Source: Epiperipatus broadwayi
Taxonomy: Eukaryota > Animalia > Onychophora
NCBI GenBank assembly: GCA_028023455.1
Contig: JAQFVV010000007.1
Span: 8,060,001 to 8,124,000 of the forward strand
DNA length: 64,000 bases
Direction of reading: 5' to 3'
Part shown: positions 53,766-64,000 of the stretch, piece by piece
How the letters are laid out: each line of letters starts with the position of its first letter
Numbering within the stretch: position 1 is the first letter of the stretch
The notes under the pieces: model-generated
Databases searched by the model: none
What the model was told of the DNA's origin: nothing
Seen by the model: the letters and a program-made list of their open reading frames with translations, nothing else
Position numbers and translations under genes: made by a program

Positions 53766-54454
53766 GGCTGTTGCTGAGGATTCAGCACAACTAATCTTTC
53801 TAATATTAAGCTTATATATTTTAAATATGTCAAATAGATTGTAATGATATATATATATATATTGTAAATATTTATATATGTTGCATAAATAACTGGGTTG
53901 GTCTATGCTATATTCCTATACACACCTACAATACGAGTGTATATATTATATGTATTAATAAACTTTTATGCACATAACAAAGCTATATAGTTGTGTTATA
54001 TTATTATTTATGAGTTTGTAGTAACATGTGTTTACGTGTTGGAACACTTTTTGTATCTATATTATATTATTAATTGTAATGTTCCAAAATGGGTATACAT
54101 AAATGTATGTATTTTTTTTTATTATTTCTAAAAATAATTTTTTTAATAGAAACAATTTAAATTTTTTTATCCATTATAGTTTAGATTGTAATTAATTAAT
54201 CTTGATTTATGAAAAACTTTTGTAAATTATAATTTGCTTTAAAAAAAAGAGAGGAAAAAAAATAATATTTTGCATTAAGAGAAATTTTTTATTTTTGTTT
54301 GTTTGTAAAGATAAAATCAAAAGAAGTTTTTATTTAAAGAATGAAGGTATAATGGGTGATATATTTAGCCAAGATGGAAACTATATAATTTCCAAAATTA
54401 TAAAAAAGGGTACTTTAAAACATAAAGTTAAAAGGAATGTACATAAAGTATAAG

Positions 54455-55295
54455 TAATGACTGGTCGGCTGATGCAATAGCTTGTAGGGGATGTATTAAA
54501 ATTGGGCTGATAGGCTGACCATGTGAGCTACCTGCCAGGTGAGAGAGTTCAGTTAAGTGTTTGCTTGTCCAAGTAATCTGACTGTCTATTTTTGCTGAGA
54601 GTTTGCTCAATATCATATTTTTGTTCCTACTATCACCATTTGAAAGCAAAAAAAAAAAGATGAAATGATTTTTGAAACTTAATCATTCGTATGTGGTGTT
54701 GCTATTAAAAAAATCTTGGGAAAAGTTGTCAAAACTAAAAACAAGAAAATAGAAAGTAACCATTTCTGTCATTACTGCTGCTATGAACCTCCAAGGGAAT
54801 GACGACATTGCTAGCCATGAAATAAAAGTTTCACAGAACTCATAAATAGTCAACAAATCATCTCTCAGTCTTGGCAAATCATATCAGAAACCTTTAAGCT
54901 GTATTTGACCAACTTGCTATTCGTAATTTGCCATCTGATGAAATTATAAGTAAAACTGATTTTCTATGGTAAAAGCTGATGTGGAAAATATACATACATG
55001 AAAACTACAGCCAAGGACCTTAGAACAGATACCAGATTGAGATGGCCTTAATATTTCTTTAAGCTTACCAAACAATCATGGAGTAGACTACTCGCAACAG
55101 TACATCCACCTGTTCATTCCTGAAACCCAGAAATGATTTAAGAAAAGCCAGCTTACCCAGATGGAAGGATTCTACCATGTGTATTTAGTGAAAGGAAGCC
55201 CTATCCACCCTGTTCAGTGGTTATATGGTCCGCTTTGAAGTCGAACCTGAATGGAATTCAGAAGCCCAAATGAGTGTTTATTTTGCAATATTAAT
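54455..55295 (+). mobile_element. Possible BEL/Pao LTR retrotransposon remnant (RNase H end to integrase start)
   Basis: SADAIACRG resembles NPAD.ASRG; later QLTQMEG..LP, YGPL and ECLFC resemble QMG.LP, DY.GP and CLFTC; several frameshifts needed. Confidence 0.35.
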
Positions 55296-56188
55296 TTTAT
55301 GTTTCTATAAATAATTTATTTTGACTTTGCTTATTTGTATATTATAACTATTAATCCTTTTAGTTGATCTTTTAGAACATGTATAATATTAGATGGTACT
55401 TATGTTTATGTGTAGCCTAGATCCACCACATGCGGGATCCTTCTATTTCTTAATCCTTTAAATCACTACAGTGACACCTCATGTTGAGTATCCTATGTCC
55501 GTATTCTTTATTCATCCAAAATTAAGAGATGTAGATGTTTGTCATATATAAAATATAATTTGAGAATGAGAATATTGATGTGCCCATAATATTAATATTT
55601 ATAAACCAAAGGAATAGACATTAGACATGCTTGTAAATCTTGAATTATTTTTCTTTTTAAATATGTTTGTCACATATACTTAATTTATTGGTTTGTTATT
55701 CTGAAAGTGGGAATGCGTATAGACCACATGCATTATGCGATTGTCTTAAAATACTTTTTTTTAGAAGAAAAATATATATATATGTTTTTTCATATATGTG
55801 CTTGTTTTTTGTAAATAAATCTTCAATTTGATCAATCAATTTCACATTACGTAAACTAAAGGCAATAATTTTGGAATTGTGAAATCTATAGAACAGAAAG
55901 CATAAATATAAATTATCCATTATTTGGAATATTAACAATATTAAATTTATTTTGATATATGTATTTGGTGAAGGGAAATGGGAAAAATAAATGTTATATT
56001 TCATATTTAAATCATTTGCTGCATAATTTATTTACTTTGATAAATTACCTACTTGAAGTACATAAACAATTATAGTCATAGAGCTAGAGAACTGAAGGAC
56101 TTATTAACCTGAGATAGGAGAAAAGTAAACCATATGAGATAGGAAAAAAGTAAATCATATAATGAGCTAGTTATCAGGATAACCTTAC

Positions 56189-56223
56189 CAGGGAGTTGGA
56201 TTGTTTCATTCTTATGTCTGTAC
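56189..56223 (-). other. Candidate 35-nt 5'UTR exon of the minus-strand gene
   Basis: Acceptor ctttatatattaatag, donor CTG|GTAAGG. Confidence 0.3.
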
Positions 56224-57599
56224 CTATTAATATAATAAAGATATATGATAGTGGTTATTTATTTTGCACTCTCTCTCTTGGAAAAGAAAAAGGGAATCAA
56301 TAATAAATTTCTATATCGGGGGTGGCATATAAAGGCTCGATACAGAACATTGCAGTACTTTCAAAGATGTGCAAAGTAAAAAAAAAAAGTGATTAACATT
56401 TAGATAATCAGACAATAGTGGGATAATTTAACAAGGAAGGTTTCAATTGACTTAATTAAGGTTGAATCTCCTTCCTCTAATAATTGTTTTAAAATATTTC
56501 TTATATTTAGCCAACAATATTTTTTAGGGAGTTATTATTGACCTTTCACTTAATGACATATGTTGCTTCATGCTTGGTGCATATGTAGGTCAAAATATAT
56601 AAGACCCAAGTAGAAGGTTTTGGACCAGTACAGTTTCAAGCATTACAACTGTTTTCTCTAAAAGAAAACAGAATTTCACATTATTCCAACTTTTCAGACA
56701 TTACAAAAATTAACAAATAAGCGAAATGCACTTTACAAAAAAAATATACTACATGGCATCACGATCTCACACAATAATGTCATTTGGAAGACAGATGCAG
56801 AAGGTTTTCTGCAAGAGCTGTAAATGAGCAGAAGCTTATATGATGACAGTTTCCAGAGAATGATTCTGGTTATTTTTGAGTCTTCACTCACATATTAATT
56901 TAAAGTTTACAAATATTTAAATTATGCAGCTTGAAAATAATTATTGTTATTATTTCTATTTTTATTTCTTTTTCTTTTTGAAGATTTTTCTTTTGCTAAT
57001 TTGGTAGCAAATTCTTTTTAAAAATAATTAATTTGTTTGGATAAGTTTTGAACTACTATTAAAAATAAGCATGCATTGTATGGTTAAGAACAGATCTGTA
57101 GTCCACCAACAACTAAACATGCCTAAATCAATTCTCAATTAAGCAAAAAAATATTAGCCAATTAAATAAAAACATGTATGTCCAATCCTGACAATCAGAT
57201 GTTCAAACACAAAGAGGTTGGCAAAATATTCATGATAATTACTATTATAAAAAAAAGCCATGGTAACATCTCTACAAACTATTACCTTTGAGGGACCAGT
57301 CTTTCAATTAATCATTGACTTTGATGAATATTAAAATATATTAATTTATTATATATTATTATGTTTGAAATGTGAATAGGGAAAGACATATATCAGTGAA
57401 ACTTGCCATTCCATCATAAAAAAGTTAAAAGAGCACAAAGTGATGATTAGTGAAAAAAAGAAGATATCTCTAAAATAGCACACAATGCTAGAAATAATAA
57501 ATATTTGGATGAAGAGGAAAAAGTAAATGGAATAAAATTTTAAACACCTGCTTACATGATAATGGCAAATAATGCCATAAGAATGCCTAGTGTAAAACC

Positions 57600-58970
57600 A
57601 AATTGTTCGAAACCACATATTAACCTTACCTTACGAATAAAAAAATAGAAATTATAATGATTCTCATAGGTAAGTATATACAATTTTTGCTGATTCATGC
57701 CATGGATACAGTAATGTAGTTGGTTAAAGTGTCAGCTTAAATTAAGTATTCATGCATCTAAATGTTACTGGTTCAATTTCCATGCTAGAACTAACATTGA
57801 TCGTGCCTGCAACGCTTGAAGAAAAGAGGTAAACAAGACAACTTAAAATGTTATATTATATATCGATATAAAACAAAACTCACTGATAAAAATTTTCCAC
57901 TATACAATTACAAACTATTATAATTCATTTTGTGGCTATATTTGTTGTACACACTCAAATCAGTAAATACAACGAATGATTTTTGTATAACAACAGATAA
58001 AATATATTTCAAATAAATTTAAAAGGATTGAAATAAATTCTAAAATGTAGCAGCATTGTGCCTCCAATCAGGTGCAGTTTTGGATATTAGCCTGCCTGCC
58101 TATTTATTACTACGACTCTATAATTAATATGAACCTTCTCCAGACACATTTGCCTATAGGATAAGCTTTTATCTAATGGCTGACCAGTCAATGGTAATAA
58201 TAACTCCGTCCTGATTTTTCTCTTTCTCTCTTACGAATATACGATCGAAATGTTTTTCTAATGTTTATGTTCCGCATTAAACCATTTATAGTTTTATCAG
58301 CCTTTTATATCTCTACTAGTTAATCCATTTTTATTGAAGTAGAAGCCTGAATAAAACAATAAACTAATAGATAGAAACTCTAACGATCAAAACTAATAAA
58401 AGTTGTTTTCGTTAAGCTACATCTTTAACAGCAGTCGGCCAAATGACATTCTTGAAATAAAGTCATTATTATAATCATCGCGATGATTATTACGGATGAT
58501 GATGATAACCTTATAAATAAACAACTTCCAAACTAAACAATAAAAAAATAGAAACCGTTAATAGTTAAAAATAATAAAAGTTTAAGATAACCAAAATTTT
58601 AAAATCTTTTAAAAAGATAAAATAACTATTATATTAAGCATTTCTAAATTTAACCCTTTATTTCTGTAATCCTTTTCTCTTTTACATATAAAATATATAT
58701 ATATTAATGACTTCCTATTTATGATCAATTCTTTTAATAAGTCAGAACAAAATTATGCCTCCTCTTCCAATACTGACTTATCCGCATAATACCGTTTGCG
58801 GTTTGGTGCCGAGGTAGTCTCGCAAGCTCTGGAGCTTAAGATCCATAGATTGCGGTCCAGCTCGGTCACTTCGGAAATTTTTTTATGAACTTCCGAGCAA
58901 TAAACCATTCGAACATTTTTTTTTTCATTTTATAAATATAATAATAGAAATATTTAATGACCGTCATAAT
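57600..58970. promoter_or_regulatory. CpG-retaining island, candidate promoter
   Basis: About 30 CpG by eye in 1.35 kb; minus-strand donor AAG|GTAAGG at 57630 at its lower edge. Confidence 0.5.
58795..58915 (+). mobile_element. tRNA-related SINE-like repeat (related copies 59030-59105 minus, 59370-59465 plus, 19755-19835 plus)
   Basis: ggagcttaagatcca resembles the tRNA-Leu(TAA) anticodon arm; copies share ccagct(c/a)ggtca and/or tatgaac...gagcaataaa. Confidence 0.5.
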
Positions 58971-59639
58971 TTCATTGAAAAAAAAAAAAGAATATTACTT
59001 GGGAGGTCATATTTCAAGAACCAGAAATGACAGACCTGAGCTGTGACCCATGAATTTTGAACTCCAGCATCTGCCATTGCACCAATTCCACATGCTTGTC
59101 GTCTATTTGACTTAACTAAACAATAACACACGTAGCTTATCTATTAATAGCATATATATAAATGTACTCACAACACAATATTTATTAATGACAATATTAC
59201 CCAACTTCAGTTTATAAATACAATAGTGATTATTTATGATATTATAATAACATAACATCACAATGATTAAATATACTTGGTTTTGAATCCTAGTCTATTT
59301 ATACTTATTAGTATTTCTCAATAAAGCATAAAGTCTATAGAATAATATCTACATCGGTATATCCTGCATGATTTGGCATAGTTGATAGTGTGTCTGACTT
59401 AGGATTGGGCAGTTCCAGGATTTGGCGTTAGAACTTCTTATGAACCCCTGAGCAATAAAGCCAAATGCTTTTATATATATATTTATTTAAGTATCAGATT
59501 TTTTATGACAAATTCATTCATTTCCTTACAGGTCTTCCTTTTTTTTAAAGTTTTTATCTTTCTGAGCACTACCCATTTTTATTCAATATTTAGATTAAAT
59601 AATATTTTCAGTCATTATCAATCCTCTGCAAAATTAAAG

Positions 59640-59870
59640 TCTCTCCTAAGCTAATCCAAATTTTCCAATGCCTAACTTCTCTTGTTTATACCATTTCAAA
59701 AAATTTCCTTAACTTTTTCATTTACTTTACATGTGGTCTACCTCTAAACTCTTACAATTTCTTACCATCCAGTTTAAGACTGCTCTTCTCAATCTACTGC
59801 CATATCACTTGATTAGTAACTTATCTAGCCTAGTTCTATTTCAACATCTTATTTCTTTAAGCAATGACAA
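59640..59870 (-). mobile_element. RTE LINE 3' fragment
   Basis: Minus ...LNWMVRNCK..GRPHVK..KLRKF..WISLGE, homologous to 30320-30455. Confidence 0.6.
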
Positions 59871-60774
59871 ATTAATTGTACTTCCTCATTCATATATTTC
59901 AGTTTCAACTCCTTTTTTGTTTATCTCATCATATATATCTCATATGTCATGAGTATTCTACAGTTTCTATATTACTCTTCTACTACATGTACAAATCTTA
60001 AATCTATATCTAGCATTGGTATAGTACATAAGAGTTCAACCAAAGCACTTGTATACTTTGATGAATAAAGTGTTCAACCAAAGTACTTATACTTTGATGA
60101 ATAAAGTAATTGATTATTTAAAATAAAATGTTTTCTTGAAGAAGTGTACTGCATCTCTTTATAAACATAGCAAATTATAGTCCAGATGACAGGATTTAGA
60201 GGTCATTAAACAGGCTTAGAAGTTTTCTTTCAAATAATAAGTATATGGCCCACCCAGCTGCCATCCAGTTATTGTATAATAAATTTATTGATAAATTAAT
60301 AGTTAGAAGCTAAAAGTCACTCACAAATACACATTGATCAATTAATGGCTGAACCATTATACTCCTAAGGATATTTTGTCTATTGTTCACCCAATTTTTT
60401 AATTAAAAAGAAAAAGTTAATTGACAGTGTAATTTTAAAAAAAAAAATTCTGATCATCACTTATATAATACTATCATCATAAAAATGATTCTCAATTAAT
60501 TAGAAACTTCTTTCACCTGAACAAAATTGTAAAGTAGTTTTTAAGTTTTCATGGCTATCAGACCTAATTATATTACCTAAGTAGAATTTTTTTATTTAAA
60601 CTTGGTCACACACCCTTTAACAAAATGCAGTGTAATACAAAAAATAAATTAATCGAAATAGATTTCCATTAATTCAAAAAACTAATATACAAACATAATT
60701 ATAAAATATTGTATTAAACCATTAAAACATTATATGGTCACCAATTCTTATGTGGAAACAAACTGTTAAAACAG

Positions 60775-61290
60775 TAGCAACTTTCTCAACACAGTAGTAT
60801 CACCAAGTGCAAGCCATAGGGTGGCATTACTATATAGAGAGAGTTACCACTATTTTATTAGCTTGAGTAAGCATAAGAATTTATAATTGATGGTCATGTG
60901 ACATTTTAATGATGTATCACCAATCTTGACCAAAGAATAGTATTAGCATTGGTTATTAAAAAACTAAAGATAACAAAATATATAGATACTGAACTGGGTT
61001 CAGATCTGTATGACAATACAAGTAAATTAGCTTGGATTGAAAACATTATTTTGTTTTCATTTTGGACTTATAGCTTTACAGTTAACTTAGTAAGTAAAAT
61101 GTAGCTGCTGGAGGGTTGTATTACATCCTAAGATCTGGGTGCAGAGCTCCTAACTGATGTAGTCCACTTGTTAAAAACTACTCTGTGAATATTGAATGAG
61201 TAGAGACTAGATAGGGATTTTGGTACATAAACCTTCTAATATGCATTGATTATTATGGCTGGCAATAAGTGGCACTATTTTATGGAGATG
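60775..61290 (+). mobile_element. H1 head-to-tail partial dimer showing the monomer period
   Basis: gtggca(t/c)ta recurs at 60821 and 61269 (448 bp apart), with spacer and a degenerate hammerhead (CTGATGT...AAAAC-TA-CTC, about 61153-61185) between. Confidence 0.75.
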
Positions 61291-61404
61291 GTCGCTACTG
61301 TTATAAGGTATTGGATTGATTTATTTTTTTAATTATTGCTATATAAAAGGAAATGTGGATTTAATTTTAAAAAGTATACAAAAATGTACTTCAATTTATA
61401 ATTC

Positions 61405-61654
61405 AATGTAAATGCTTAGAAGCAGAAAGGGTACAAATAATAAAGTTGTGGAAGAATAAATATAAATAAAGTGATTATACATAAAATGGATTCTTGCTTT
61501 TCAAGTGGATTTGGAAAAAGGGAGATTTAGATATAAAGGTTATAGACATAACAAAGATAATGTTGTGGAAATGGGGTGGAGCAGGGTAGGCATAGTGGCT
61601 GAAAGATTCCTGACTACTAGAAGAGAGAAACCACAGTGCATCACATTACACATT
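61405..61654 (+). mobile_element. Short 3' copy of the (CATCA)n LINE
   Basis: atgtaaatgctt.gaagcagaaagggtacaaataat...ccacagtgcatcacattacacatt matches 40678-40960. Confidence 0.8.
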
Positions 61655-64000
61655 AAAGTTAGAAAGTTATCTCTCAGATTATATTTCATATTATTTGATG
61701 TCTTTTAATTTACCATATTAACAATATGAATATAAATAATTATAGCTTAATGGATATGAAAGTAAAATGAAAGTCGTAATTCCAGATAAGCTAATGTATA
61801 AACGAATAATCAATCAACAATAAACAAAAAGAATATAATGATATCATCTATATTTTAACTCTGATAGGAGTTAAACAATCATTCATTAACAAGCTATAAA
61901 AGAGTATAAAATCTGTATATTAGCCAGATTTAATTATGACATAGCATTTCAATATATGAATACTTAAATACTATCAAAGCTAAAAGAGTAGATCATATCA
62001 CTCTATTTCAATTTATTATTGACAAAAAAATATTAGATAAAACAGTTTTTGAAATATTACAGTAACTTTCATTTCAATCTCATATATATGTTAAAATTAT
62101 ATGCATTATATTTTTAGTGGAATGAATTTTATATGGATGCTACAAAGAAATAGGAGTTTTATAATTAAAAAAAAAAGGCAGAAAATTCATTTGAATGTAT
62201 TGTTTTTAATCTGTTAGAATCACTAATCAAAAAGATTCAGTAGTCAGGATTTAGATTCATAATATTGCACCTGCACTATGCATAATAAACAGTTTTATAA
62301 GAAAGTCAATAAACCATTATTCTGTTTACATAACATATAATTTTATTAAAAAAAATTTTTTTTTTTGGTTTTAATTAGAATTTATGGGGAATAAATCCAT
62401 CTAGACTAAACAAATATGAAATTCTCAATAAACAACCTTATTTCTGAAATAAAAAGGTAAAAAAAAATCATAAATAATCCTTTATTTAACTGTCTTACTA
62501 GTTATATTGATGTTTGTTTCTATATTGAAATGAATAATGTATTACTTCATTATCAGCCATTGGGTCTTCCACACATTAGAAAGCTGATTTTTGAAATTGT
62601 GAGGATGCTAATAAATATAGCATTCAAAAGTTTTTAAAGAAAATTATATAAAACAGAAGAAATACCTTAAGATAAAATATTAAATGTAATACTAATAGGT
62701 AGTAAATTATTAAAATATATTTTAAAATAATAATGAACAATATAATAGGTTTGTTAAAAAAGTTTAAACTAATAAATTATGCAAACTATGTTAGAACTGT
62801 TTCTCGTATGAAAGATTAACAGAATGTATGAATGTATTGAAAAACAACTCAGTTAAGTATACTAGTATTTAAAAAAATAAAATTTAAATAATTAAATTAA
62901 AAATAAAGCCTGTTTTGAGATATGAGATTTGAAAACAAGGGGAAAATTCAACCAATTCAATAATTAGTATTTTGAAATTCAATCAAGTAAATAATAATGA
63001 GGCCATTTTTAAAGCTCATGTAATTAAAATAAAATGAAGTCATAAAGGTGTCAAAAGGTGTTAAGAACAAAATCAAAGATGTTAAAAACAAGAGGTCAAA
63101 ACATACATATAAACAATTTTCATGAAATTAAAAAAGTTTGGATTCTTGTTTTATTCAAGCTGTATTTGAATCATTGGGAGGTCTGAGTATAGAAGAAGGA
63201 AAAATTGCTGACTGTCTAAAATTTAACCCTGACCCCTTGTAGATCTGACCAAATTATTTAGAAGGAATCTCTATTCTAAAATAATAATAAAAATGCTTAA
63301 GCCTCAAAATTCAAAGATAGAAGGTTGATAAAGTACATTACAGCAACTTGTAAAGAAAGGAACTGAAAAATTAAAGGAAATAATTAATATGTGCCATCTT
63401 GGGAGAAATGTTAGCCCCCCCCCAAAAAAAAAATCCTTACAACAAACTGTAGAAAATTCCAGCTTCAATACATTTTCTGTGTAAGTTAAAATAAAAACTG
63501 TTTAGGCTGTTATCCTAATTTATTAATTCTTTTAAGTTTTATTTTACCATCTCTTAGTGTATATTTAATTCTAACAAACTACGTTTTGTTATGGATAGGT
63601 TATATAACATATTATTTAAATGATTGATTAAAGGAGGAAGCAAATGTTTTTTTTTTAAATGTTAGCATTTTCTGCTAAGCAGTCATAGATATTCAAGCTG
63701 CATTTTAAAGCAACTAAAAAAAACTACTAAAAAAATTGCTTTATGTTGTTTTTATATGTATGTGATATGATTTGTTAAAATTTTATTTCCTTTTTTTTAA
63801 AAAAAAAAAAAAAAGTTTTCTTTAATGTGAAATTATTAGCAATATCTAAAATTGTATAAAATTAATGGTAATATTCATTTTAAACATGCTCATAACATAT
63901 TTAAAGTGTTCAAGTGTTAAAAACAATGAGTGCAGTATAATTATTAGAATAAATTTAAGTTTATTTTGAAATTCAATCAAGGTCATTTATACAAAAATTA

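Noticed and set aside
63158-63242. Coding-looking stretch AVFESLGGLSIEEGKIADCLKFNPDP
   Set aside because: Weak splice sites and an unidentifiable product; may be transposon debris.

Overview
Very AT-rich (roughly 70-75% by eye), strongly CpG-depleted eukaryotic DNA, most likely an invertebrate animal genome; no prokaryotic features and no CRISPR. It reads as intronic/intergenic sequence filled with decayed mobile elements. These include several RTE-clade LINE fragments, a second LINE family with a C-terminal CCHC knuckle and (CATCA)n tail, a nearly full-length decayed Penelope-like element (RT plus GIY-YIG), hAT, mariner and piggyBac-like DNA transposon remnants, and tRNA-derived SINEs. The most striking signal is a set of non-coding repeat families forming about a dozen long hairpins. 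Where orientation can be read, the arms lie head-to-head with 3' ends outward, and several carry hammerhead-ribozyme cores. Family H1 can be rebuilt as an ORF-less, circularly permuted monomer of about 450 bp with one minimal hammerhead, i.e. retrozyme-like. Family H2 couples a hammerhead to tRNA-like A/B boxes. Two CpG-rich islands (about 2.9-3.8 kb and 57.6-59.0 kb) look like promoters. A tentative minus-strand gene starting near 57.6 kb may encode a secreted protein (signal-peptide exon 49487-49556, next exon 47299-47338). Nearly all ORFs in the supplied track are spurious or transposon-derived. All family assignments are by motif recognition only; no database search was run.
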